Part shown: in pieces, positions 26,001 to 39,312 of the stretch | Layout: each line of letters begins with the position of its first letter | Position numbering within the stretch: position 1 is the first letter of the stretch | Assembly (NCBI GenBank): GCA_023920165.1 | Contig: CP089274.1 | Coordinates: 3,410,001 to 3,474,000 of the forward strand | Source of the DNA: Curvularia clavata | Lineage: Eukaryota | Direction of reading: 5' to 3' | Length of the DNA stretch: 64,000 nucleotides | Translations under genes and position numbers: made by a program | The notes under the pieces: generated by a model | The model's input: the letters and a program-made list of their open reading frames with translations, nothing else | What the model was told of the DNA's origin: nothing | Databases searched by the model: none

Positions 26001-29000
26001 ATGCATGGTCAATGACGGCAGCATGCGTCAAGGCTCGGTACCAAGGTATCTTCCCTGGGTCTGATCATGTGTGTGAGATGAATTGCTGGAACGGTGGCAT
26101 TCGGCAGCATCGGATCGAGACAGTCACGTCTAGATCAATGCGGTGTGTTTCTGAGGGGGGGATATCCATTGACACTGATCATGCGATCTGCGGAGTCGAG
26201 GCCGGGAACGATGAATCCGAACCACAGAACATGGAGATTGAATATTGCCTGCGGCCATTTCCGGGATGCAATTGTTCGAGATTTTATTGAAATCAGGAGA
26301 AATGACGCGTGTCAACCAAGACCAGAATTTTGGGATGCAGTGTGCACTGCTGGCTTCGCTGTGAAATGCGCATATCCGAGCTGTAGGTGCAGCTGGTTGA
26401 CAGGTGACGAGGCATTGGGAATCTCATGCTCCCAGGTGTGTCTGGCTTGCTTGTCGACGTCGACCCCAAAATTACCACAACTCAGAGCTAGGTTCACGCT
26501 ACGAATCGGGCGAATCGGGGTGGCCAAGTGGGATTCCGTTTCATCTTGGGAATATGTAGACTAAAATATAACAAGCTTTATCGATTTTCCATGGCGGGGC
26601 AAAGGGATAACGAGTTCCAGGTATCGAAAACTGGGAACAGCCTTCAAAGGGTGTTACAAAGGATGCAGCTGGGGATACTCGATGATCCTACGCAGCATTC
26701 AAGTGGCATGGGCGGTCGAGCAGCCCAGGGGCCCCTTGGGCTGAGTTTGTTTCGAGCGTTTCACTTGGAGTCACTGAGCACTGAAGAATCTTGAGGGAAC
26801 GAGAACAGGGAGCAAGGCATGTTTGTTGTAACAAACAGACGACGATGGATGCTGTTGGAGGCGAGACATGTGCACTAATGCTGCACAGTCATGGTCGGAG
26901 AGGACAAAGGAGGCCCGAGCGTGGGGAGGCTTGCAGCCAAGGCAGCAGGTGATGGCAGGGATCAGGGAAGAAGAGGGCACAGGCTGAGCCCACCCCAAAG
27001 AGATCTGCGAGCTGCAACGTCGGTCATTCTTCGGCCGTTCTGGATTGCTGTTCTTGGGGCACGTACATACATGCACACAGCTCCTGTATAAGCGTTATTT
27101 GTCAGGAACGTTGTGAGGGAGGGGTGTGGGCAAGCAGTGGCATGGCGGGGTGCATGGTAGTGTACAGAAGACTTGGGGCTCGACTCCAGGCGCAGCAGTT
27201 GGTTGGTGTCGGGTAGGACGGCCAGAGGCATGGACCCTCATCCGAAAAGTGGACGAGAGCATGCGAGGCGATGTCATTACCGACAGACGAGTCGTGTGGT
27301 TGAGGACAAGAGGCGTGAGCAACGCGGAGAATATCGCCCCAGTACCGTGGAAAGGGCCCAACATGTTTGTGGCCACGACTCAGCGAGGGCGGGTGACGTG
27401 TTTTTGCCGTGGTGAATGCAGTCGACGAGGCAGTTGCGATGCTGCTGCTCCTGCTGCTCCTGCTGCAGCCCGCCAAACCAGGAAGGTGGTGGGCATTTGG
27501 AGGAGTGGCGTGGCGCGGAATCTACTCCGACGTCGCACCCACCAGTCCATCTCATCTCCTGTGCAACAACACCAACGACGACCGACGACCATGATGATGA
27601 TAATGATGATGATAACACCCATGACAACCTGCATCTAGGCATTGACGTGCGTCGCTCAGTGTCCAGGGTTGACGTGCTCCGTTGTCGCCAGCATGTCGCC
27701 AAGGGCTCGACAAGGCGTCCCCCAGGGAGCAGCAGCGCAGTACAGTCGCGCACACAGCATATGTATAGGACAGCCGTGTATATGGGCCGTCGAGCGCGTC
27801 TGAGTGGGTTGCTGAGTGGAGGAAGAATACGCAGAAAAGCAGGGTAGGGTGCATCCAGGCCCCACGTCTGGCAAAAGGCACTGCACGCCCAAAATCGCTG
27901 TCGCTTCCTCATTCTGTCAGCGGAAGGTAGCCCGCTGGCTGGCTGTGCCCTGCCGCGTGGTCCATTACGAGGAGAGCGAATAATTTCGGACTCGTACATA
28001 GTCCGTACAGGCGCTGTGGTAGCTGTGGTGCGTCGCCTTGCAGCAATGACCACGTCTCGACGTAAACCAAGTCGTCGAGGTCGGCCTCGAAATCGGCCTT
28101 GGTAGCGCCCGCATCATGACACCTATGGTCTGGTAAACTCCGCGCTTCCGCCAGCCTCCTACCACGCCGTGAGCCTGAGCACACGGCGCACCCTCTCGCC
28201 TTTCCCAGCCAAGCTCCGTGCATATCTCCGCCACGAGGCATCGCTCGGCCCACCTTGTCCTAATGGCACCGATCCATGGAAAGCCACCAGCCCTCGTTGG
28301 GTGTGTCCGCAGGGGCCGCCCCTGTCACTGTCGCTCGCTCGCTCGACTTGCACCAGCAGAGCGTTCCTGGATACGGAGGCGCCAGAGTTTAGCCGTGAGC
28401 CCTGAGAACATGTCGCCTTCCCACGACACGTCGGCACACAGCAAATGCTCATGTCTTTCCCATGGTCATGACACGGCCAGACCACCATGCCCGACTCATG
28501 GCCCAAGGATGCCTCTGCCCATGCAGCCAACACGTCTGAGTGAGATTGCACTGTTGGCAAGACCATCAGCGTCTCGTAACCAAGTGATACTCAGCCGCAC
28601 ATGACGCGCTGCATCATGCCGCCGCGTGCATGCAACGCACCATCACGCAGCGTCTCGCTGCCATGGTCATGGCTGTGGGGAGAGAGCACATGGGCAAATA
28701 GCAGCATTGAGTGTGTTGATGCAGAGGTGAAGTCGAGATAGTCTACTGGCGGCGTGGTGTTCGCGTTCTGATCGAGGTTACCGCCCGCTCCCGTTCGACG
28801 GCGCATGTGCAAATGGCTAGTGTCATCTACTCGTATTCATCCTGGGTCCGATCAGTCTTGGTATCTCATGCCCAATCATATCGAGCGAGGCTGGGCGACA
28901 TGCACGCATCTTGCTTCTGCTCAACACGCGCCCAGAGAGGACGACATGGCATTGTCTGCTCTTCAACACAGGCTCGTCTATGACGACAATACTCGACTGC

Positions 29001-32000
29001 AATTTCAGACCAAGCCGTGGGCAAGCGAAGAGTGGCTGGCCTAGGTGGTGTCGGGTACGGGCAACCGGGAGACGTCCTCGGTAGGACCACACCCATTGGG
29101 CCACCAAGTGTACCGTTCAGCCGTTGGATATCTACATATGTACTATGTACATACATATGTACGTACAGTGACATGGCATGGGAGCAAGAGTCTGGGCCCG
29201 CTGTTCCTTTGCAGGCTTACATATATGTATGTACACAAGCGAAATGGCGCAAGCATGTGTGTGTGTCTCTGTGTTTTTTTTTGGAGGAAAGATAGGGTAG
29301 GCCGGGAAAGTCGCAGTATACCGGGCAAGGGAGCAGGAGCAGGGATGGCGGGATCCGCCAGGAAAAAAAATGAGCGGGGGGCCCAGGTGCAGCGACATCT
29401 TGTCTGCTGACAGCAATGCAAGGGTTGCAGGATGCACAAGGGAGAAAATCACGATGCGGCGGCCATGTGGTGAAGTTTGCGACTGCGAAAGCGGGGGGGC
29501 ATGAGGCGAGCGCGAAACGGCCCCTGCGGCATCTGGTGGGCGAGGGAGAGGGCTTAGCGGATCTCGACATGTGAGATGCCGTAGCTATGATGGCGGGCCA
29601 GAAGAGCATGGGCACTCGGGCCTTGCGTCAGTTGACGAGCAGCCGAGTCTGTCAGCAGCGTGGAATCATGGAGGCGACAAGCACGCATGCACGTGTGGCT
29701 ACAGACATGCGAGGCCTGGCCACAATGGCAACAGCATGGGTTGGCTAGAGGGAGAGGGGAGGAAAAAAAAAGAAAAGGTCTACAACGTCTTCTGTGCCAT
29801 TACCGAAGAGTGGTTGCATGTTGTTTTTCGCCCACACCGCAATGGAGAGGCAGGTCTTGTCGGCAGCTCGCGCTCGTCGACGCATTAGGCATTACTGCCG
29901 GTCGTCGAGGTCTGTGCCGCGTCCAATATTTGCATGCAGTCGTTTTGCAGGCCGCTCGTGCCGGGGTGTCGGGGAGTCCCGCCAGAGCCCAGCGGGCAGG
30001 TGGTGAAAGAGGGCGAGGGCGGGCGCGGGCGAGTGGATGGGCGAGAGGGCAGAGGGCAGCGGCGAGCGGAAATGCATCGAGGTTGTGCGATGGCATGTTT
30101 GCGGTCGACGCAGTAGAGTGCAGCGTGCAGTGCAGCAGGTATACTATCTATGTAGGGCCCCAGGTACCTCTAACGTGGGTTTGCCGCGTCTAGCGCGAAG
30201 AGCTAGCTTTCAGCCTCATGCCATGGCCGCATTCTTCTTTGCACGTCGAGAGTGCGGACGACACGGCAACAGGGCATACTACCACGACAAAGTGCACATG
30301 GACAGAGGATGCAGCTGCGCACGCACGCGGGCGACGAGCACAGCCGAGGCGGCTGCTGGCAAAGTCGCGAGGGGGCCAGCAAAGGGCGGTCAATACGTCA
30401 GGACCAGTTAGTCAGCGTGTGCACGGGCCGCGCAGCAGAGCAGCAGGCGTTGTCGGACTATTTTTCTGACTAGCGGGCCCTCGCTCTTCTTGTCGCCTAA
30501 CCATCTTCTGTGCTAGCACCTCTCTAGCCTACAATCGCGAATCTGACCTGCTCAACCACGACTACCATCCCAACCCAACCACAAAGCGCCCGCTACCAGT
30601 GCCTTGCCCTAACGCTGCTGTCACCCTTACCCCCTCCCCAAGCCCCCCCCCAGGCCCCAGGCATACCAGATCGCGCACCCGCTGCGCGACTACACGTGCA
30701 ACTGCCACCAAGCAACGCGATCGCCGCCCACCCGGCGCGTTCGTCACTAAGGCGCTCCACCGCTGTGCTGCGCTGCGCTGCACTGCGCTGCCCGTCTCGT
30801 CTCGTCTCGTCGTAGACAAGACGCGCACATCACACGCTCTCCACTCCCGCGGAGCAAGCTGGCGTCCGAGACGTCTCCTGCCCGCCTCGCCTGCGCAGTG
30901 CCAAATTTGCACGGAAAGCCGGCCGCGACAGGAGGCTGATCGCTCGGCACGCTCGGCGTAGTTGAGCCTTCTGGGACACGCAGCGGCTGGGAGTGAGCCA
31001 CAGTGTGCGCGAAACCTTCAGTCATCGTTACCACAACGGGCCGACTGGAGCATTCTGCCCCATCGCACTTTCTGCAGAGCCAGTCAGCGCCGCGCTTCCA
31101 GAGCGACCTCTTTGGTGGCCACCTGCGCACCCTCGGCGAACACGCTCAACCCAACCCTGGTTTCTTCGTCACTAGCGCCACTCCTACCACGGGCCTGCAC
31201 GGACCACCGGACCACCCACCATCCCATCCACGCACGACGCCCTCTCTCTCACACCCCCTCCCCCCCCTCCCTGCTCCCTCGCTCGCTCGCTCTCGCACTA
31301 GAAGCCCACCGCACGCACGCCTGCGTCCCACACTTTTGCTCGCCGCGCCATCCCCTCTCGGTCCTAGCCTCTCCACCATCACCAGCACGCATTCCCACTG
31401 TTACGGCTCGGCTTTACCGACTAACAGCCCATCCCTGTCGCTGCCTTGACGGGCGCGAATTACCTCATCGAGTGTGCTAAGGCCTGCTGGGCAAGCCGCC
31501 ATTTCTTCCACGCGCATCCATTGGTCGTCGCACTCCAGGCGCACGCCACTGAGTCTAAAAGCCTTTAGGCCGCGCTGTCACTAGCTGTGTTCCAAATTCA
31601 CTCTCGCCCCAGCAAGACCCGCAGTGCAAGCTCGTTCTTTCACTAGCACCGATTGTGTAACCTTTGCGTTGCACTTCACTCTGCACCGCGCCAGCTGCTC
31701 CGCGATTCGAGAGATCTCTGTCCGCTAGCTGCCTCCCCTGCCCCGGTGCCCTCGACCTTGCGCCTTCCGTGCGTTATCTTTTTTTGACGGCGCAGATTTG
31801 CCGAACTGCTTGTCCCTCCACCTAGGCGTCGTGGAAAACACACCGTCTGCAAATCATCCGCGTTTAACTTCCACGCTACCCACGGCCTGACCACTTCGCT
31901 TCTCCGGTTTTCTGGCTGTGCATCTCTTGGCCGAACACAGGCTACGTCTTTATACGCTCTAGCTGCCTGTCTTCCACAGACCGCGGCAAATCATCCGAAA

Positions 32001-32121
32001 GACGGTTCGCGACGGACATATCTCTGCAGCCATTCCTCCCCGTGGGCGCACCCATCCAACCATCCAGCCTCAGCTTAGAGTCTAAGGTACCTCGACACCA
32101 CTTGCCCACGCTTCACAGTCT

Positions 32122-33724
32122 ATGGACGCACGACAAGCAGACTACCCGCAGTCAGGTTTGAGCTCGCCCTACCCAACCTTTCCTGAACCAGTTTCTGAGG
32201 GAGTCTCTGCAGATCAAGCATCTGCTGCGCAATACCCTCCCCAAGGACAAGATCCTCGATCCTCGAACCTCACGCCCAACTCAGACTACAGTCTGAACCC
32301 TTCGTCTGCTCGCTCAGGCTCATTCCCCGAGTACATTCAACGTTCGTATCAACCCGCTGCTCAAGCCCAAGCAACCGGTGCTATGGCGCAACAACAAAGT
32401 CCGTCAATGCCTATCCCAGATGGTCAAGCAAATGGCCATCAGTCACCGCAGCAACTCAAATCTGACTCGGATGTACCTATAGATCCATCAATCGCCGCCC
32501 AGACGAGCCCGACCTACGCCAGTCACCAGCAGCAGTACTCTCCCTACACTCCTCACCACGACATGCAGCACTACCCGGGTCAGCCCCAAACACCAATGGG
32601 TTATCCATCGCGCCCTGAATGGGCAGGTCATTACCCCCAGCCTGGCATGCACTACGGTCATCCGGCGTCTTCAGGCCCGCCTGCGCCCGCAATGGTATCG
32701 CCTGTTCAGCGACCACCTACTGTAAGTCCTTCTTCCTTCTTTCCTGCGTCCAATTCGCCAGTGCGAAACACTGCGCGTGTGCGCGTTCCCTTACTCACTT
32801 CAAACAACTCGTCGCTAACAATCATTGCGCATATAGGGCGGACACCCTCTGTCTACAGTCTATTCCTTCGTTCCCATTCCTGGCGCACAACAACACAAGC
32901 GACCACGTAGACGATATGAAGAAATCGAGCGCATGTACAAATGCGGCTGGAACGGTTGCGAAAAGGCGTACGGTACTTTGAACCATTTGAACGCGCACGT
33001 CACCATGCAGTCTCATGGCTCCAAGCGAACTCCCGAAGGTACGCAATTTCTTTCCTTTTCCCCATTTTCATTTCTACAATTAATATTTCGTTTTTGCGGG
33101 CTTGGATACATCGTGGTGGTAGTGGCGGGCCCTTGCAAGGGCCTAGGGCGCTAAGTTAGCACTTGGGATGGTGTTGGTGCAGCGCCATCCTGTTCGCGCT
33201 CCTCCCGCCCTGGGTAGCTTCTGACGACAGACGCTAAACAACCCGCCCTCGATCCATGCATCGCGCCCGTGGTCTTGGCATCTTAATATCTCACTTGATT
33301 ATAGATTGTTGCTGACTTAACCCCGATAGAGTTCAAGGAGATCCGTAAGGAGTGGAAGGCAAAGAAGAAGGAGGAGGAAGCCGCCCGCAAAGCTGACGAG
33401 GAGCGCCACCGCGCCGACGCCCAGCAGCGTGCTCACGAGGGCGGTGCTCCCGAAGCTCCCGTCTACGGCGGCATGCGACAGGGAGTTGGTGTGCCCGGGC
33501 AAGCGCCCCAACACCCTCAGCTCCCTCCGATCGGGTACCAGCCTGCTGCCTCTGGCAACACGACTGCTCCCCAGTATGGAACGCAAAGCCCCGGTCTTCC
33601 GGAGGGAATGGCTCAGTATGCCACCCCCAACAGCAATGCGTACAACAGTCCCAATAGTAACAGCAGCAGTTATCCACAATCGCCCTACGGACAGAACCCC
33701 CAAATGTACCAGCAGAACCACTAA
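32122..33724 (+). CDS. Fungal C2H2 zinc-finger transcription factor; exons 32122-32721, 32837-33038, 33330-33724
   Basis: P/Q/S-rich activation-like region, then YSFVPIPGAQQHKRPRRRYEEIERMYKCGWNGCEKAYGTLNHLNAHVTMQSHGSKRTPEEFKEIRKEWK, a single C2H2 finger with a basic extension. Confidence 0.9.
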
Positions 33725-36700
33725 ACATGGTTCTGGCAATGGGCGAAACCGCGATCCAATCGAAGCCAATTTTACACAACGTGTGTTAACAGCTTTTTCG
33801 CATGTTTCTCCACTACTCGCGAGAGAGTATTGACGACTCTCCTTATGGTAGATGTTTTCCGCGACCGCGTCGCGGGGCTCACGCGACTGTCACAGCATCT
33901 TTCTCTCTCCCTCCCCTGGTGGTGCTTGCATTTTCAATTGGCGGCGGCTGTATGTTTTTTCTACTTATGGGTGTTTTAACGATGGAGATCCAATGAACCA
34001 TGAAATGCGCGCAGACATGGCTATGGCCTGAGGCACAGATGTCGCGTAAAGAGTTAGTACACGGCTCAAAGGGGTGTGCCGTTGAGTGTCCATGTCATGA
34101 GCAAAACGGCTCTTTGAGCGTCATGCATATGCCACGGCAGTCTTCTTCCTTCTTTGATTATATCTTTTGTCCATCTCGGCCACGAGATTTTTGTCAAAAT
34201 CTTTTTTTGGTGTTTTTTTTTAACGTTTCTCTTTTCTGCAAACGCTTCATCACTACGGGCTAGAATAACTGCATGCGAAACGGCGCTCGAAACAGAAACA
34301 ATTATCCAAGTTCCTCGTTTACCTACTTAACTACGATTCCTCGACTTATGTCGTCTTTGTGCATTTGTGCGATACTTTGAGTGCAGTGTGTTCACTTTCA
34401 CCAATACCACATACCTTTCCGCTGGGTCTATTACTTTTTTTCCTTTGGCGAGACCTCCTTTGTGTTTGTCTCCCTTGTGTTCCTCTCGTACAAGCAAACG
34501 TGGAACGAATCGAAAGGGCGAGCCCATCGAGTCATCTGGCTTCGTATCATTGGGTGAATGAGCGAGGTGAGTGAGGGGCTTTGTTTTTGTTTCGTGAAGC
34601 CAGATTCCACACTTGGCAGTGAGCTGTCGTGCCCACACATACCCATACATATGGGCTCATGTGTCGAGCTTGCGTGAACAAAGCATTGGTGCATGTGTCA
34701 TCGTCGTATGTTATACAATCCCCGCGAACGCGCGCCCTCCTTTTTCTTTGTATCCTGGGCTTAGAATCACATCCCATGAGAGCCAGACAGAGACGGAGAT
34801 ATGCAGAGATGTTTTGTAACCCCGCTTTCTTGTCTTCTTCTCCTTGGTCTTGTTTCTATGCCCACTTAGGTTTTCATCTCAGAGGAGTCAATTCGTGACA
34901 TGCACATCTCTGCTCTGCCCAGCTTCCCTATTGCGACTTCACTCCCATGACTTCTGCGAGTCAAAGACCGAAGCACGAGACTTGTTTCAAGGCCGCCACC
35001 GCTTTACATAGCTGTGGGTATGTCTATGTGAGATTTGAAACATCACGGAACACGGATCTACCCTGCTTCCCTCTCAAGTCTCTAGGCAAAACATTTGCTA
35101 CGACCAAGGGCCTCCTCGTTGTAGAGAAGCACGCACATTCCCATGCAAACAGACAGCCAGATAGACAGCAAGTGCCTCCCGGTCACTGAAACCAAACCCA
35201 GCTGAATATCGTACGCCACCCATGTCAAGTATCCCCTCCCATCCCTTCATCATCCACCCGTTCCAGGTGTACGTACCTTCTTACGCCCTCAATCTCGCTC
35301 GCATACAAGGGTTTTTGCTCTCTGCGATATCCTTGCCGGACAGGTAAGCGGGCGTATGTAGATCGCCACCACCACCATTTCCCTTCCACACCACCACCAC
35401 CACCACCCTTCAATCTACTAATCACTCACATGCTTACATCGCCCCCTCCCTCCCTTGCCCCTGCCCCGACCCTTTCCTTTCCTTTCCTTTCGGCCACCTC
35501 CGTTTCCGCCACGCCGTCCCTTTCTTCTCCTACCTTTCCCTTACCTAGTTGTTGCTTTTCCGCTCTCCTTTGCCGACGTAAGTCTACATGGGTATCCTTA
35601 TTTCTCTACTGCAAGGGCAGAAGCGATGGGAGGTGCGGATAGTATACCTACATAGGACAAGCTAGTGTTGCTTTTTTGGGGTTGTTTCGACTGCCCGAGC
35701 ATCTTGCCGGGCAGGGCAGGGCAGACAAGAGGACAGAAGCGAAATCCAAGGCGGAATTGCGGCGTAGCCCTGCTCTACCTCACATTTTCCTTGGATGACT
35801 TGACCTGAAGATTTTTTTTTGTTTTGGACGGGCCAGTTTGCCGAGATCAGACCACATTGTTCTTTTCGGGACAGAGTGAGGGGAGGAGGAGGAGGAGCGT
35901 GCTTTGGGGCTGAAATGAATGCCGGTGGTGCTGCCCCTCTGTGCGTGCGTGCGTACGTACGTACGTATTGTTTCTCGTGATGGATGTCCAACTCTGACTG
36001 AGTTTGTCATGTCACATCACACCTCCCCCCTTGCATGACTGCATGTAAGGGAGAAAAAAAATTGGCTTAAAAATAGTGACCGCTCTTTTTGGGTTTGTAC
36101 AGAAAATTTCATCTTTGCCTTTCCCGAGGGTACGGGCCGGTGTGGATATGTTGTGCGTAGAGTAGAGTCACGATAGAGCACACATGACAAGCATGACATT
36201 GCGCCATTGCCAGGGATAGAAGAGAGAAAAAAACAATAGCAAAACGCGCCCTGCCGAACGTTGATTTGGTGTCTCCGAGGAGGGCTTACCGAAATACCCA
36301 AGTATCGGTAAGCAATTATGGTGGTGGCATTTCTTTCCCTTTGGCCTTTGTTTTCAGGTGGCCGGGCGGTTTACACAACTACTCACCCAATGGAATCACA
36401 CCATTTGGTTTTCTCTATAATGTTTTGCTTTTGGAAAGAGAGCCCCCGTGGTACGAATCCGACTGGGAGGACAAGGAAGAAGTGGAGGGGCTGACCGATG
36501 TGTGCGTGTGCGCGCGGGCGCGTCAGTTGTGGGTGTGCGCGTACACACCGTACTCGCACTCGCCCTGTGTATGACGCACAGCTGAAGCATCAGACGACAG
36601 AGGGGGGGGGGGGTGGGCGGGATGCTCGTATTCGGGTATTCGGAGCTAGCCATGCAGAGCATGTTCACACTATACAAAGTACACTCCACATGTGCAAAGA

Positions 36701-39312
36701 CACACACAGGTTGCTTGCACACTGAGATGTGAGGATCACTGGGCGGAATCAAATGAGGAAGGAGGGAAAAGAGAGTTACCGTCTTGGATGCGTTATCTTG
36801 CTTCATCCGGCATGCCGAGATGGTTGCGTGTTCATCACTCTATCTCGCAGATAGATTAAATTGTCTGCCCGAAGATACGCACGCAAGGCAGCAGATCGAT
36901 ATGAAAATGTCGGTTACGGCAGGCGAATTCTCGGCGCCGACGAGGAATGCAGCAAGACATGCGAGAAAGACAGAGCAAGAATGTGTGTGTGTCTGTGTGG
37001 TGCGAATATTTGGCCTGTCTCTACTGCTGATAGGACGACGAAGAATGCATGCTCGCAATATGACCGCAGGCCGCCGAGGCGGCAATCAAAATACGTGCTT
37101 TGTTACCCTGTGTAATCAATATCCATTACACAATCGACATTCCCGAGGCCCAGTTTTTGTGCGTTCATGCAAATGTTCGCAAGATGGTGGCTGATAACAT
37201 GGCCGGAGTGATGGGATCGAAGGCCTAGCCGGCCCCATTTTTGTCCTGGTCATCACCTCTCGCAAAGACCACGGTGTGATCTGTACAGAGTGCGGAGTGG
37301 CTTGTCGACTAGCTTTTCTTTTGTTGCCCTCGGCTGCAGAGACTGCCAGAATGGACAAACCGGATGGTGATCAGATTGGGCAAGGCTATCCGAACATCCA
37401 TGATTCATGACGGCCAGTTTCTCCGGAAGCCGATCGCACGGCAAAAGCACGGCAGAAGGAAAGAAGCAACGAAAGGCAAGGAATCTGCAAAGCCCAGGCT
37501 GGGATGACGAGCTCAACAAAGGATGTGGTCGCCGTCCTCTTGGATTGATGCCCAACCCCCCCCCTTTGTGGCCGTTGCTCGCATTGCCTCTCAGAGGGCT
37601 GACACCGGTCTGATGCAATTCGAGATGGGAAGCAGAAGCAAAAGTAGGGAAAAAGGGTAGAGGTTAGGGTGTAGCCAGAGATACGCTAACCTCTCGAGAA
37701 ACTACATCTGCAAGATCGCCTTTTAGCGGCTCATCAACCGTTGCCCGATTAACCTACTGTACGTTTTTGAGGCCCCGGGCAGTTGGTGGGCATTGGACTC
37801 ATTCTTGGGGAGCCGCCGTTGGAGATGGTGGCTTGTGAACTAGGCAGTGGAGCACCAGGCAGTGGGTGGCAGGCATCATGGCCATCAACGGTGCGCCAGG
37901 CTGTGATCTGACAGTGGCAACTTGCATGAAATGGCTGTATGTGCTACTGCTGGTCTGAGGGTGTGGGTAGATCAAGCGCCGTTACACAGCAGTAGTGGTT
38001 GGGTCGCAGGATTCCTTCCCGATGCCACGAGGGACGAGGGTTGTGGATGTGCGTGTGCGTGTGCGTGCGTCTGGCGCTGTGCTACTGTCGCATGCTTTGC
38101 AGGTGGATGGGAGAGGCAGCTTTGGAGGCGCAGACGTCGTGATGCCATGGCCAGAAGGTTGGCCAGCTGATGAACGGTGACTGCTGACTGTCGCCTCTCG
38201 TCTCTGCACCACCACACCTCTTACCTCCGACCAGCACCTACGGCAGCCATTACCGCCACAACCTCCTCACACGCGCACAACGGCATGCCGTTTGCCTACA
38301 GTACATTGCGACAATGCATTGCTACAACAGGAGCAAGGACGATGCCATTAGCACATGTTCATCAGGAGTTTGGCTCATGCTCGTACAGAGAAGCTAGCCA
38401 TGGCAACTCTCCTAGCCCCGAAACAGCCGGCGGCCAGGCTTTACTCTATTACGTGCCTATACATATGGCCTGTCTCAGAAGAATACATCCCTGATCCCTC
38501 CCACATTACCACTGCAAGAAGAGATGGAGAGGAAAAAAACTTCCGATGCTCGATGATGTGCATGCGTGGCTCACCGATCATTTGGGACAAAAGACATTAG
38601 TCGGAATGCGTCGTTACTAGGCTCCGGACGGCATTGTTGGTAAACAAGCAATTAAGGCCAGGCAGTCGGTTTTCGCTACATGTCCTGCGCTAGTTGCGCA
38701 CGTGTGTCCCAAGTCAGTTCGCTCTTTTCTACGGTAGTTCTAGTTTGCTGTCGTCAGCGCGCCGATAGGTTTAGAGCTGGCTGGGGGTGGAGGGGGTTAA
38801 AAGGATCGTAAGCCCTACTAAAGTACGATGGTGGTGGCCCTGGTCTGGTTTGGCTCTCCCGCGTTATAGTGCTGGTTCCTTTCGGCTCCGCAGAGTCGGT
38901 TGCGAGTAGTAGCAGTAGCGTGAATCTCAGCCTTACTGACGGGTTCTGACGGGGGTGAGTTTTTTTGCTGCTAAAGTGAGGCGTAAACACGGCATGTTTG
39001 GCTTAGACTAGGTTGTTTTTCCGCTGACGGCTCCCTCTACGGCGGCGCGGACGCCATAGTTCGCGCCAGACCTGGCGCCTGGCTAAACTGCTGGTCCCTG
39101 TGTTATAGTAGTGTAGTACAAAGGCCATTATAGTAACCCGCTGTAAGCGTTCGAGCCGGTGGACACGGTGAACACGGTGTCGGGTGATCACGTGTCAAAG
39201 AGGGTCCGGCCCGGCTTCTGTGCCGCTAGGTATGGGAACATGGGGCACTTTTTCCTTGACAGACAATTTACGTTTTTGTTCACAATCACCTACCCTTTCC
39301 TCCCACGACCTC

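Noticed and set aside
26900..31000. Many overlapping 60-260-aa ORFs in the GC-rich intergenic region
   Set aside because: Low-complexity R/A/C/P-rich translations in all frames, with no family motifs or consistent splice structure.
37661..37672. Telomere-like GGTTAGGGT (possible telomerase RNA template on the minus strand)
   Set aside because: A single 9-mer is expected by chance in 64 kb, and I could identify no supporting pseudoknot or other telomerase RNA element by eye.
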